DNA of 64,000 nucleotides from Chloroflexota bacterium (GTDB lineage Bacteria > Chloroflexota > UBA11872): positions 6,525-70,524 of the forward strand of contig JAJDVX010000042.1 in NCBI GenBank assembly GCA_022825895.1, read 5' to 3'. The first letter of the stretch is position 1, and each line of letters opens with the position of its first letter. The notes beneath the pieces are model-generated. The model saw nothing but the letters and a program-made list of their open reading frames with translations. It did not search any database and was not told the origin of the DNA. Shown here one piece after another: positions 1 through 9,922 of the stretch. The position numbers and the translations under genes were made by a program.

Positions 1-401
1 CGCTCTTCCTGGTCCGCGAATCTGGCCCCGAGGAAGGCTTCGACGAGTTCCTCGATGAGGGAGAGGCCGACGATGCCGGAGCCGAGGCAGAGGACGTTCA
101 TGTCGTCGTGCTGGACGCCCTGGCGGGCGGAGTAGGTGTCGTGGCACATGCCGGCGCGAGCGCCCGCGACCTTGTTGGCGGCCACGCAGGCGCCGACGCC
201 GCTGCCGCAGACGATGATGCCGCGGTCGGCCCGGCCGGAAGCGACGGCCTCGGCGACGGCGGCGGCGTAGTCGGGGTAGTCCACGGATTCATCGGAATGG
301 GCGCCGAAGTCGATGACCTCGCAGCCGGCGCCGCGCAGGATCGCGACGAGGTCGGATTTGATGGCATAGCCACGGTGGTCCACGCCGATGGCGACATTCA
401 T
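1..401 (-). CDS. rpiB: Ribose-5-phosphate isomerase B (RpiB/LacAB family), 3' end runs off the window
   Basis: Manual translation of the minus strand from the ATG at ~399-401 gives MNVAIGVDHRGYAIKSDLVAILRGAGCEVIDFGAHSDESVDYPDYAAAVAEAVASGRADRGIIVCGSGVGACVAANKV..., a typical RpiB N-terminus. It is absent from the ORF track because it is partial. Confidence 0.8.
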   Translation of the reverse strand, partial: MNVAIGVDHRGYAIKSDLVAILRGAGCEVIDFGAHSDESVDYPDYAAAVAEAVASGRADRGIIVCGSGVGACVAANKVAGARAGMCHDTYSARQGVQHDDMNVLCLGSGIVGLSLIEELVEAFLGARFADQEE

Positions 402-479
402 TCCTGGCTCCAGGGGTTCGCCTTGCTTTGGCTCAGTTTCCGCGACTGGGCGAGGCTTTGCACGCGGCGTTGGCGCATC

Positions 480-1991
480 TCAGGCGAGATCCAGGCCGCC
501 TGCGCCGGCCATCCGTTGGTACAGGCGACGCTGGCGGGCTCTGGCTTCCTGGTAGACGGCGTGGTTGGCCGGGTTGGGGTCGAATGGCTGGTCGCCATCG
601 GTCCCCTGGTCGGAAGGGACGGAATGGCCGAGTGCCTGCAGCGCCCAGATGGCGGCGCCGCGGCTGGTGGGTTCGGCGACGGCGGAGCGGATGACGGGGC
701 GGCCGAGGACGTCGGCGAGGATTTGGGTCCAACGATCGGAGCGCTGGGGCGCCCCGCCCGATACGTGGACGACGTGGGGTTCGCCGATGACCGGGACAAG
801 CAAGTCGTAGATGGCGGCGAGGCGGAAGGCGACGGCTTCCATGCCGGCCAGCAGCAGGTCGGCGGGCTGGGTGTTGAGGCGGGCGCCGTGGATGGTGGCG
901 CGGGCGGAGTCGTCCCAGCCGGGACTGCGTTCGCCGGCCAGGAAGGGAAGCACGGTGAGGCCGTGGCCGTCGGGCGGCAGGTGGGCAATGGCGTCGTCGG
1001 GATCGTCGCCCTGGAGTCCGCGCAGAAAGTCTCGCAGCCAGGCGACGACGATGCCGCCGTTGCTTTCGGCGCCGCCCAGCAGCGATCTTGCGCGGTCGAC
1101 CCGGTATTCCCAGAGGCCGGCGGGGACGGAGCGGACCGGTCCGGGCACGAGGGCGCGGACCGCGGCGCTGGTGCCGATGTTGAAGACGATGGCGTCGGCC
1201 TCGCCGGGGGCGGTGCCGAGGTTGCTGCAGAGGCCGTCGCCGAGGGCCGGGAACCAGGGGATGTCGGCGATGGTGGGCCAGCGTTGCCGCCAGGGATCGG
1301 CGAGTCCGCACAGCGGCTCGCCGGCCGGGTCGATGGCGCCCAGCGAGCCTGGATCGACGTTGAGGGCGCCGAGGGTGGCGAGGTCCCAATCCAGCTCGCG
1401 GCGGTTCAACATGCCGGACCAGGCGGCGAGGCTGAGTCCCAAGCCGCAGGGGCGGCCGAACAGACGCTGATAGGCGTACTCGCCGAAAGTGATCCAACGG
1501 GCGACCTGGCGGACACCGTGGGGTTGGGTCCGCCTGAGCCACCGAAAGCGGGCCGGCAGGTAGCTGGCGTGGATGGGCGCGCCGGTGCGGTCGTAGGAGG
1601 CCGCCACGTCCCACTCCTGGCGGAGCACGGCGGCGTCGGCGGCGCAGCGGGTGTCGGCGTAGGTGTAGACGGGGGTTCGGGGCTCGCCGGCGGCGCTGAC
1701 GCCGAGCACGCTGGAGGCGAAGACACTGGCGCCCACGCCCTGAAGGTCCGCCGCTTGCGGCCCAAGGCGCTGGAGGGTGACGTCAATCGCTTGCGCCAGG
1801 CGGTCGAACAGGGCGTCCGCGTCGATCTGCACGCCGCCGTCGGGCGTGGTGTCGAAGCCGGAGGCGATCTGGGCGTCGCTGCCGGGGAGCGGATCCCCGT
1901 CGGCGGTGTGCGCGGCGGCGCGGACGGACGAGCTGCCGACGTCGATGCTGAGCACGAGGGGAGCACTCTCGCCGGAGGCGGCGCGCGCCAT
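480..1991 (-). CDS. FGGY-family carbohydrate kinase (gluconokinase/xylulokinase-like)
   Basis: 503 aa. N-terminal LVLSIDVGSSSVRAA sugar-kinase ATPase motif and FGGY-like C-terminal half. Adjacent to rpiB. Confidence 0.8.
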   Translation of the reverse strand: MARAASGESAPLVLSIDVGSSSVRAAAHTADGDPLPGSDAQIASGFDTTPDGGVQIDADALFDRLAQAIDVTLQRLGPQAADLQGVGASVFASSVLGVSAAGEPRTPVYTYADTRCAADAAVLRQEWDVAASYDRTGAPIHASYLPARFRWLRRTQPHGVRQVARWITFGEYAYQRLFGRPCGLGLSLAAWSGMLNRRELDWDLATLGALNVDPGSLGAIDPAGEPLCGLADPWRQRWPTIADIPWFPALGDGLCSNLGTAPGEADAIVFNIGTSAAVRALVPGPVRSVPAGLWEYRVDRARSLLGGAESNGGIVVAWLRDFLRGLQGDDPDDAIAHLPPDGHGLTVLPFLAGERSPGWDDSARATIHGARLNTQPADLLLAGMEAVAFRLAAIYDLLVPVIGEPHVVHVSGGAPQRSDRWTQILADVLGRPVIRSAVAEPTSRGAAIWALQALGHSVPSDQGTDGDQPFDPNPANHAVYQEARARQRRLYQRMAGAGGLDLA

Positions 1992-2081
1992 GCGTCGGTT
2001 TCCGCTCTGTCGATGTGACGGCAGTTTAGGCGCAGGGCGTCTCTATACTTCGCGGCGCCCGGCGGCGGGGGAGCACAGAGC

Positions 2082-3278
2082 GTGAATACCCGAGCGTGCG
2101 ACCTGCTGGTGGTTGGAGGCGGTCCGGCGGGGTCGGCCGCGGCGATTGCGGCACGGCGGGCTGCGCCGGAGCTCGAGACGGTGGTGCTGGACCGGCAGCG
2201 GTTTCCGCGGGACAAGGCCTGCGGGGACGGATTGGGCCCCGGGGTCGTAGCGCGGCTGTCGGACCTTAACGCCACTGAGATTGTGCGGGGTCGTCGGCCA
2301 GTCGAACGGCTGAAGATCGTGGCGCCGTCGGGGGCCGAGGTGGTGGGCGACCTGCCGGCGATTGGGAAAGCGGCGCGGGGTTACGTGGTGCCGCGGGCGG
2401 AGTTCGATGACGCCCTGCTGACGCGCGCTCGAGAGGCGGGCGCGGACGTATGGACCGAAAGCCGGCTCGAAGGATTGGCCTCGCCCGGCGGTGGGTCGGT
2501 TCGAGTCGAGGCGAGCGGGCCCAACGGACTGGTTACCGTCAGTGCGAGGGCCGTGATCGCGGCCGATGGGGCGCGGTCGGACGTGCGGCGGTTGCTTGGA
2601 GTGCCTTATAACGACTCGGCGCATACCGGGGTGGCGATCCGGGCGTACGTGGAGCGGCCCGGCGGATTCGATCACATGACGTTCTACTTCAAGCGCGAGT
2701 TGCTGCCGGCGTATGGCTGGGTGTTCCCGATCGACGCGCGGGGCGCGAACGTGGGGGTGATGATCGACGCCGCTCGCTTCCGGCGGCAGGAGCGGAGCTT
2801 GCCGGAACTGCTAAGCGATTTCCTGCGATCCAGCGGGCACGTCAGCCTGGAACCCGAGCGGTCGCGGGCCTACATGCTGCCCTTCGCCAGCTACGTGCCG
2901 CCGCTGGTGCAGGGCCGGGTGGCGCTGGTGGGCGACGCCGGGTCGATGATCAACCCGTTTTCGGGCGAGGGCATTGCCTACGGCATGGCGGCGGGCATCG
3001 AGGCGGCTCGGCGGGCAGTGCGGGCGGTGCGGGCGGGAGCGGACGACCGGCCGTTCGATGGATTCGATGCGTGGTTTCGGGAGCGATTTGGCGAGCACTT
3101 TCGGGCATCGGCGCGAGCCAAGCGGCTGGCGCAGCGGGCCTGGATTGCGGACTTTGGGGTGCGGGCGGCGCGGCGACGGCCGGAGTTCGTGCGGGAAGGC
3201 ATCGAACTGCTGGTGGGCGAGGGCACGGCGCTGTCGTGGCGGAGCCTGGCGCGGTTGCTGCTGCACGGGCGCGGCTAG
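2082..3278 (+). CDS. FAD-dependent oxidoreductase, geranylgeranyl reductase family
   Basis: 398 aa. GTG start. LLVVGGGPAGSAAA Rossmann dinucleotide-binding motif, DRQRFPRDKACGDGL, GDAGSMINPFSGEGI. Confidence 0.75.
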   Translation: MNTRACDLLVVGGGPAGSAAAIAARRAAPELETVVLDRQRFPRDKACGDGLGPGVVARLSDLNATEIVRGRRPVERLKIVAPSGAEVVGDLPAIGKAARGYVVPRAEFDDALLTRAREAGADVWTESRLEGLASPGGGSVRVEASGPNGLVTVSARAVIAADGARSDVRRLLGVPYNDSAHTGVAIRAYVERPGGFDHMTFYFKRELLPAYGWVFPIDARGANVGVMIDAARFRRQERSLPELLSDFLRSSGHVSLEPERSRAYMLPFASYVPPLVQGRVALVGDAGSMINPFSGEGIAYGMAAGIEAARRAVRAVRAGADDRPFDGFDAWFRERFGEHFRASARAKRLAQRAWIADFGVRAARRRPEFVREGIELLVGEGTALSWRSLARLLLHGRG

Positions 3279-3315
3279 CTCATCGCTGCCGACGCTCCGC
3301 GCTAACGGGACGATG

Positions 3316-3801
3316 TCAGGCTTGCCTGGAGGTTGTTTCGTCCTCGCCGTTCGAGGTAACGACGGGTGATACGTCACCGGTACCGGGCGACGCATCGGTT
3401 GCCGCGGCTGTCTCGCCGGCTTCGGCGACCGGTTCTTCCGATTGAGCAGCAGCTCGAGCTTTCGGGGTCGGCGCGGCCGTTGGGGATTCCGCGTGCTCGC
3501 CGCGCAGGCGGTCGCCGATTTCGGTGAGCGTGGCGTCCACTCGCTTGACGACCTGCTGCGTGCGCTCGTGCCGGAGGGCGTCGTCCACGCGCTCCATGGC
3601 CTTGTCGCCAATCGCCATCATTTCGCCGCGGACTCGGCGGGCCTCTTCACTCTCCAGTCCGGCTTCGACTCGCGACTTGGCTTGCGCCAGGCGCACACGG
3701 ACCTTCTCCCCGCGTTCGCCGCCGACTTCGTCGCCGACCCGCTTGATCAGGCCGTCGATGCGACGGCCCCACCCCTTGTTGTCCTGGTCCTCTGCGCTCA
3801 C
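3316..3801 (-). CDS. Hypothetical charged/coiled-coil protein
   Basis: 161-aa ORF rich in E/R/K with a plausible start. No recognisable domain. Confidence 0.45.
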   Translation of the reverse strand: MSAEDQDNKGWGRRIDGLIKRVGDEVGGERGEKVRVRLAQAKSRVEAGLESEEARRVRGEMMAIGDKAMERVDDALRHERTQQVVKRVDATLTEIGDRLRGEHAESPTAAPTPKARAAAQSEEPVAEAGETAAATDASPGTGDVSPVVTSNGEDETTSRQA

Positions 3802-3891
3802 GGCGTCACCTCGTTCGGCAGTTTCTTCGGTTAGAGCTTACTGCGACGGCTCGTGCTACCGTCCCGCTGTTGGACCCGGGAGTCGTCGCCC

Positions 3892-4896
3892 ATGAGCACG
3901 CCGCGCCGCATCGCCGTCATTGAAGTCAACCACTGGCATTCCACCTACGACGCCGCCTACCTGACGGTTCTGCAGAACCTGGACCTGGACATCGAGTTGG
4001 TAGGCGTCTCGGACAGCGACGCCGCGATCGCGGAGGACCGGGCGAGTCGCTACGAGACCACGTCGTTCACCGACTACCGCGAGATGGTCGACGCCACGAA
4101 GCCGGACTTCGTGATCGCGCTGGGCCGGCACGTGGAGATGCCCGAGATCGCGCGGTTCCTGATCGAGGCGGACATTCCATTCATGATGGAAAAGCCGATG
4201 GGGACGAGCGCGGACGTGGTCAGCGGCCTGGCGGACCTGGCGGAAGCGCGCGGCGCCTGGGTGTCGGTGCCGTTTCCCAACCGACAATCGCCGTGGGCGG
4301 AGAAGGCTCGGGAGATGATTGCGGCGGACGAGTTCGGGCCGATTTCGCACATCGTGTTCCGGATCATCCGGCCGACCATGCAGCGTTATGTCGAGTGGGA
4401 CTCGCCCTGGATGCTGGACCGCGCGCAGGCCGGCGGCGGCGCGCTGACCAACCTGGGCGGGCACGGCATGGACATGTCCAGATTCCTGCTGGGCGAGGAC
4501 GTGCAGGTGGCGTCGGCCGTCATCAGCAACATCGTCCACGCCTCGGAAGTCGAGGATTACGCCCTGGCTACCCTGCGCAGCTCGAGCGGGACGCTGGTCC
4601 ACGTGGAGGTGGGCTACACGATGCCTACCTGGCCCGCGAACGAATCCGACTCCGAGATGAAGGTGGCCGGCTCGAACGCCATGCTCAGCGCGGTTGCGGA
4701 CGGCCTGCAAATCCTGGCGCCGGGACGCAACGAGCACCTGGACACGCCGGTAACCGTCTTGTCGGCCTACCCGGGATTCGTGCGGGACTGCCTGGAGCGG
4801 GTGGGTCGCGGAGATCCGCCGGCGATCACGCCGCGGGACTGCGCGAACGCGGTGCAGCTGATTGACGACGCCTACCGGGCGGCCGGTCGGGTCTAG
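3892..4896 (+). CDS. Gfo/Idh/MocA family oxidoreductase
   Basis: Starts at MSTPRRIAVIEVNHWH (internal ATG of ORF 3853..4896). GFO_IDH_MocA-like N-terminal NAD-binding region and C-terminal alpha/beta domain. Confidence 0.75.
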   Translation: MSTPRRIAVIEVNHWHSTYDAAYLTVLQNLDLDIELVGVSDSDAAIAEDRASRYETTSFTDYREMVDATKPDFVIALGRHVEMPEIARFLIEADIPFMMEKPMGTSADVVSGLADLAEARGAWVSVPFPNRQSPWAEKAREMIAADEFGPISHIVFRIIRPTMQRYVEWDSPWMLDRAQAGGGALTNLGGHGMDMSRFLLGEDVQVASAVISNIVHASEVEDYALATLRSSSGTLVHVEVGYTMPTWPANESDSEMKVAGSNAMLSAVADGLQILAPGRNEHLDTPVTVLSAYPGFVRDCLERVGRGDPPAITPRDCANAVQLIDDAYRAAGRV

Positions 4897-5663
4897 GCGC
4901 CAGGTTCGAGCCGGCGGACGATCGACAGGCTGCTGGCGGCGGAGGTTCGGGGATCCGGCAGCGCCATGTTGACTTCGACGCTGACCGGGCCGTCATAGTC
5001 GGATTCGACCACCGCGCGGAGCGCATCGCTGACCCAGGCTTCGTCCTGGACGCCTTCCAGCAGGCCGAGGTGCAGGTCGCTCTGGGCGTCGTTGTCGTTG
5101 ACGTGGACGTACTGGAGCCGGTCGCCGGCGGCGTCAATCGACCCGGCGACGGACTCGCCGGCGATCTGGTTATGGCCGACGTCCAAGAGCAAATGCAGGT
5201 TGGCGTGGCCGCAGGCCGTGATGAAGTCGAGGGTTTCGCGGACCGTCGGCAGACCGCGCCCGGGAAAGTGCTCGATGCCGAGGCGGACGCCGGCGCGGTG
5301 GGCATCGTCGGCCAGGGTGAGGGCCGATTCGCGGTAGGCAGCTAGCGCCAGGGCGTCAGGCGTGACGGGCGGCGCGAGGTAGACGTCGGATATGCCCAGG
5401 CTCTGGGCTTCGCGGATGCCGGCGCGGACGTGGTCCACAGCGAGCTGGCGGGCCGAGTCCTCGGTCGCGTCCAGGAGCGCACCTTCCGGCATGAGGTGAG
5501 CGACAGCCATGCAGGTGATCGGAAGCGTGCGCTCGGTGAGTTCCAGGTTGGCGTAGCCGGGGCGCACGTCGACTGACTGGAAGCCGGCTTCGGCGGCGAA
5601 GGCGGTGGCGGTGGCGGGGTCATCGGCCAGGCCCCAGAGGCAGAAGGCGACGTGCAGGCTCAT
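4893..5663 (-). CDS. Sugar phosphate isomerase/epimerase (xylose isomerase-like TIM barrel)
   Basis: Internal start MSLHVAFCLWG... of ORF 4893..6140. AP-endonuclease-2/xylose-isomerase-like TIM barrel pattern (LHLLLDVGHNQIAGE, QYVHVNDND). Ends 14 nt before the glpK stop. Confidence 0.7.
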   Translation of the reverse strand: MSLHVAFCLWGLADDPATATAFAAEAGFQSVDVRPGYANLELTERTLPITCMAVAHLMPEGALLDATEDSARQLAVDHVRAGIREAQSLGISDVYLAPPVTPDALALAAYRESALTLADDAHRAGVRLGIEHFPGRGLPTVRETLDFITACGHANLHLLLDVGHNQIAGESVAGSIDAAGDRLQYVHVNDNDAQSDLHLGLLEGVQDEAWVSDALRAVVESDYDGPVSVEVNMALPDPRTSAASSLSIVRRLEPGA

Positions 5664-5676
5664 GGGCGGCAGTCTC

Positions 5677-7149
5677 TCACGCGTCGTTCGGAGTCGCCGC
5701 CCAGCCGCGGGCGCGCTGGACGGCTCGACGCCAGGTGGGGCGATCGATGGCGAGGGTCTCCAGGCCAGGCTCGAACAGCGCTGGTGCGGGGCGAAGCGAG
5801 CGCAGCTCGTCCAGACCGGACCAGACGCCCTCGGCCAGGCCGGCCAGGTACGCGGCGCCAAGGGCGGTGGTTTCGATGTCCGCCGGCCGGGCGACCGTGC
5901 GGGCGGCGCTGGCGGCCTGGAGTTGCAGGAGCAGGTCGTTGGCGGCGGCGCCGCCGTCGACGAGCAGTTGGCCGGTGAGCGCGGGCATGAGTTCCAGGAC
6001 GTCCTGAACCTGGTGGACGATGGCTTCGAGGGCGGCGCGGGCCAGGTGAGGAGCGGTGACACCGCGCGTGAGACCAAGAATTGCGCCGCGAGCGTCGGGA
6101 TCCCAGTAGGGTGCGCCCAGGCCAGTGAAGGCGGGGACAATCACCGCGCCTCCTGTATCGGGCACGGCGCGCGCCAGGGTCTCGATTTCGGGGGCGGACT
6201 CTATCAATCCCAGTTCGTCTCGCAGCCATTGCACCAGCGCGCCGCCGGTGAACACGCTGCCCTCGTAGGCGTAGGTCAAGCCGTCGGGCCGCCCCAGCGC
6301 GACGGTGGTGAGCAGGTGGTCAATGTCCGGCGGGCGCGTGTCGCCGGCGTGCTGGAGGAGAAAACAGCCGGTGCCGTACGTCACCTTGGCGGCGCCGGGC
6401 GCTACGCCGAGGTGGCCGAAGAGGGCGGCTTGTTGGTCTCCGGCAATGCCACTGATGGGTGTCCCCGGGGCGACCGGGGCGTCGACGCCGGCGACGGAAC
6501 ACCGGCCACTTGAGGGCACGATCTCGGGCAGGGACCGCGCGGGGATTCCGAGTAGCTGGAGCATATCGTTCGACCAGCAACCGGTCTCCACGTCCATCAG
6601 CAGGGTCCGCGAGGCGTTGGTGGCATCGGAGAGATGCGCGCCGCCCGACAGGCGAGCAATCAGCCAGGCGTCCACGGTTCCGAAGCGCAGGCGGCCGGCG
6701 TCGCGGGCCGCGGCGACCTCGGGCACGTGATCCAGCATCCAGGCAAACTTGCCGGCACTGAAATAGGGGCTGGGGCGCAGGCCGGTGACGGCGCGAACAG
6801 CGTCGCCGTGGCCGGTAGTTTCCAGTTCGGTCATCCGGGGCGCGGTGCGGACGTCCTGCCAGACGATGGCCGGTCCCAGCGGTTGGAGCGTTGCGGAGTC
6901 CCAGGCGACGGCGGTCTCGCGCTGGTTGGTGATGCCAACAGTGGCGACCGCGCCGGGGGGCGTCGCGGCGAGCGCCTGGCGCGCGCTTCGGCACACGCCC
7001 TCCCAGATCTGGTTGGGGTCGTGCTCAACCCAGCCGGGCCGGGGATAGCCCTGGTTCACCGGGGCGTAGGCGCGTCCGACGATGCGGGCCTGGGCGTCGA
7101 CAACCAGGGTGGTGGTGCCGGTGGTGCCCTGGTCGATGGCGAGAATCAC
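5677..7149 (-). CDS. glpK: Glycerol kinase
   Basis: 490 aa. MILAIDQGTTGTTTLVVD, FGTVDAWLIARLSGG, full FGGY architecture typical of GlpK. Confidence 0.9.
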   Translation of the reverse strand: MILAIDQGTTGTTTLVVDAQARIVGRAYAPVNQGYPRPGWVEHDPNQIWEGVCRSARQALAATPPGAVATVGITNQRETAVAWDSATLQPLGPAIVWQDVRTAPRMTELETTGHGDAVRAVTGLRPSPYFSAGKFAWMLDHVPEVAAARDAGRLRFGTVDAWLIARLSGGAHLSDATNASRTLLMDVETGCWSNDMLQLLGIPARSLPEIVPSSGRCSVAGVDAPVAPGTPISGIAGDQQAALFGHLGVAPGAAKVTYGTGCFLLQHAGDTRPPDIDHLLTTVALGRPDGLTYAYEGSVFTGGALVQWLRDELGLIESAPEIETLARAVPDTGGAVIVPAFTGLGAPYWDPDARGAILGLTRGVTAPHLARAALEAIVHQVQDVLELMPALTGQLLVDGGAAANDLLLQLQAASAARTVARPADIETTALGAAYLAGLAEGVWSGLDELRSLRPAPALFEPGLETLAIDRPTWRRAVQRARGWAATPNDA

Positions 7150-7232
7150 GGAGGTGCGACCGCCAGGCTGGCGAGGCAGGGGTACGGTAGCATCGGGCCC
7201 GCGCGTCCGTACGGGGCGCCAAAGGGGGGCGA

Positions 7233-7817
7233 GTGGTCCTGAGCGATCGGGCTCTACGCGAGGCGATCGCGTCAGGCCGTCTGGAAATCAAGCCGCTCGA
7301 CGCAACCGCGATTCAGCCTTCGAGCATCGACCTGCGGCTTGGGCATGTGTTCCGGGTCTTCGTGAATCAGACCGAGACACACATCGATCCGAAGCTGAGC
7401 CAGCCGGACCTCACCGAGGAAGTCGAAGTATCCGCAGGCTCCAGCTTCGTCCTCCATCCGGGTGAATTCGTACTCGCGGGAACCGTGGAGACCATCCAGA
7501 TGCCGAACGACCTCGTGGGCCGCATTGAGGGCAAGAGTTCACTGGGGCGGCTAGGATTGATGGTGCACAGCACCGCGGGCTACGTGGACCCAGGATTTCG
7601 GGGCAGTTTGACGCTGGAGTTGTCGAATCACGCCAACCTGCCCATCCTGCTGTGGCCCGGCATGCGGGTCAGTCAACTTTCGGTCATGCAGCTCACGAGC
7701 CCGGCGGAACGTCCGTACGGCTCGCCCGGGCTGAACAGCAAGTATCAGGACCAGCAGGGGTCGACCCCCAGCCGGTCGCATCTTGGATTCGCCGTCCGCG
7801 ACACCCGCACGGTTTAG
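7233..7817 (+). CDS. dcd: dCTP deaminase
   Basis: 194 aa. SSIDLRLG...VLHPGEFVLAGTVE...GRIEGKSSLGRLGLMVH are diagnostic of Dcd/dUTPase-fold deaminases. Confidence 0.9.
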   Translation: MVLSDRALREAIASGRLEIKPLDATAIQPSSIDLRLGHVFRVFVNQTETHIDPKLSQPDLTEEVEVSAGSSFVLHPGEFVLAGTVETIQMPNDLVGRIEGKSSLGRLGLMVHSTAGYVDPGFRGSLTLELSNHANLPILLWPGMRVSQLSVMQLTSPAERPYGSPGLNSKYQDQQGSTPSRSHLGFAVRDTRTV

Positions 7818-7826
7818 GAGTAACCC

Positions 7827-8312
7827 ATGGCAGAAGCCGCCGATCAGTCCGTAGCAGCCACCGGTAGCGAGGAACCCTTCCTCGAGTCGTCTGGGGGCGT
7901 GATCTATCGCCAGAAGAACGGCCAGGTTCAGGTGGCCGTGGTCCAGACGCAGCGCGGGGCCTGGGTCTTGCCCAAAGGCGCCGTCGAGCCGGGCGAAGCG
8001 CCGAAAGACGCGGCGGTGCGCGAGGTGTTGGAGGAAACCGGCATCGTGGGCGAAGTCGTGGACGACCTTGGCGAGATTCGCTACGAAGTCCGACCGGATC
8101 TCTGGACGGGGTTTGTGCCGAAGGTCGTGCATCAGTACCTGCTGCGGTCCACCGGCGGGAGCATTCGTCCGGACCCGGCCGAGCACGTGGAAGCGCGCTG
8201 GGTCCCGATGCCGGACGCGGTGCGCATGCTGCATCACGTGAACGAACGGACCATCATGCTGCGCGCGGAAGATCTGCTGAGTCGCGGCGAACCCGGGAGC
8301 GCGGGTGCCTGA
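7827..8312 (+). CDS. NUDIX hydrolase
   Basis: 161 aa. Nudix box GAVEPGEAPKDAAVREVLEETGI. Confidence 0.8.
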   Translation: MAEAADQSVAATGSEEPFLESSGGVIYRQKNGQVQVAVVQTQRGAWVLPKGAVEPGEAPKDAAVREVLEETGIVGEVVDDLGEIRYEVRPDLWTGFVPKVVHQYLLRSTGGSIRPDPAEHVEARWVPMPDAVRMLHHVNERTIMLRAEDLLSRGEPGSAGA

Positions 8313-9918
8313 GGCCCGCGGCAGGCGGCCACCCGGCCGCCTGTTGTCGTTGGTTGCCGCGTTCGGGCTCGCGTTTGTCTTTCTCGGCGGCGGCGACGCC
8401 GGACCAGCCAAGCCGTCGGCACATGGAACGCTGCGGATTGAGGGTTCGGAACCAGTCTCCCTGGATCCGGTGCACGTGCGAGACACAGGGGCCGGCGCGT
8501 ACGTCCAGGAGATCTTTGCCGGGCTGACGCGGATTGGACCGGATCTGTCGGTGAGTCCCGACCTGGCTTCGGGTTGGACGGTGAGTTCGGACGGTCTGGT
8601 CTATACGTTTACGATTCGTCCCGAGGCCAGGTTTCACGACGGACGACCGCTGACGGCGGACGATGTGCTGTGGTCGTGGGCCAGGGCGCTCAGTCCAGAC
8701 ACGGGATCACTTGCAGGGCCCGTGTTTCTGGGAGACATCCAGGGAGCGGCGGCCTACGCGGCCGGCGAGGCAGCCACCGTCTCAGGACTGCGCGTCGTCG
8801 GATCGCACGGGATCGAAGTCACGCTGGAATCCGCCCGCTCGTTTTTTCCGAGCAAGCTGAGCGCCGGTCCGACCCTCATCGTGGATCGACACAACGTCGC
8901 GAAGGGCGATGCGTGGTGGCGGTCGCCGAACGGGTCGGGTCCCTACAGGCTCGAGGCGTGGCAACCGGAATCGCGCATCACGCTGCGGCGCGCCGACACG
9001 GCATCCTGGCTGTCGGGCGGACCGGCGGTGGTGGAGTTTCATCAGCTGGACGTGGGCGAGGACCTGCTGCTGTTCGAACGCGACGAGCTTGATCTGGTCG
9101 CTATTGGCGGATCGGACCTGGATCGGTTTCGGGATCCCAATGAGCCGCGCGGCGGGCAACTCGTGAGTACGCCGGATCTGGCCTTTCACTACGTCGGGTT
9201 CAACACGACGCTCGCGCCGCTGCACGACGAGCACGTGCGGCGGGCCCTGGCGTTGGCGACCGATCGAGCCTTCATCAATGAGGTGGTGCTGACCGGCACG
9301 CAACGGGAGGCGAAGGGTGTCATTCCGCCAGGCTTGCCGGGGCATCGACCCGACTTCGAGGGGCTTTCGTTTAACATAGCGGCGGCGGAGGCGGAACTGG
9401 CGAAGTCACGGTACGGCGACGCCGACGCCGTGCCGCAGATCACCGTCGTCGCGCCCGGGGAGGGTCTCTCCGGAAATCCGTTCCTGGAGTTTGTGATCCG
9501 TCCATGGCGAACGGACCTGGGCCTGGATGTGGTGATCGAGGTGCGCTCGTTCGACGATCTGGTTGAGACGCTGGACGACCCGGGCCACGACATTCAGGCG
9601 TTCTTCCTGGGGTGGTCCGCGGACTTTCCCGACGCCTCCAACTTCACCGACGAGTTGTTCGGATCAGACCGGCCCGACAATGCGTGGCGATTTACGGATG
9701 CGCTGGTTGACGACCTGATCACGAAGGCGCGACTGGCCACGTCGGACGAGGAGCGGCTTCGCCACTACGGGGCCATCGAGGAACGCGTGATTTCGCAGGC
9801 GGTGCTGATTCCGCTTATGTTCTACGTGTCGCACGAACTCGTGCAGCCCTGGGTGGAAGGCTATGTCGGACGTCCGATGACCCGCGAATGGCTTACCGAA
9901 CTGACCATCACCAACTAG
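8305..9918 (+). CDS. ABC transporter substrate-binding protein, family 5 (peptide/nickel type)
   Basis: 537 aa. N-terminal hydrophobic signal region, SBP_bac_5-like body (GTLRI, LDPVHVRDTGA, GLTRIGPDLSVSPDLASGWTVSSDGLVYTFTIRPEARFHDG). Confidence 0.8.
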   Translation: MPEARGRRPPGRLLSLVAAFGLAFVFLGGGDAGPAKPSAHGTLRIEGSEPVSLDPVHVRDTGAGAYVQEIFAGLTRIGPDLSVSPDLASGWTVSSDGLVYTFTIRPEARFHDGRPLTADDVLWSWARALSPDTGSLAGPVFLGDIQGAAAYAAGEAATVSGLRVVGSHGIEVTLESARSFFPSKLSAGPTLIVDRHNVAKGDAWWRSPNGSGPYRLEAWQPESRITLRRADTASWLSGGPAVVEFHQLDVGEDLLLFERDELDLVAIGGSDLDRFRDPNEPRGGQLVSTPDLAFHYVGFNTTLAPLHDEHVRRALALATDRAFINEVVLTGTQREAKGVIPPGLPGHRPDFEGLSFNIAAAEAELAKSRYGDADAVPQITVVAPGEGLSGNPFLEFVIRPWRTDLGLDVVIEVRSFDDLVETLDDPGHDIQAFFLGWSADFPDASNFTDELFGSDRPDNAWRFTDALVDDLITKARLATSDEERLRHYGAIEERVISQAVLIPLMFYVSHELVQPWVEGYVGRPMTREWLTELTITN

Positions 9919-9922
9919 CGCC

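Noticed and set aside
433-1614. 393-aa minus-strand ORF, Arg/Pro-rich
   Set aside because: It is an alternative frame of the FGGY kinase gene. The extreme R/P content is a frame artefact of high GC.
108-2018. 636-aa + strand ORF spanning the rpiB and FGGY-kinase region
   Set aside because: It is antisense to two well-supported genes. The translation is Gly/Ala/Asp/Val-rich low-complexity sequence typical of spurious ORFs in ~70% GC DNA.
5605-6513. 302-aa + strand ORF and 5660..6229 minus-strand ORF
   Set aside because: They overlap glpK and the sugar-phosphate isomerase in wrong frames or on the wrong strand. The translations are Gly/Arg low-complexity.
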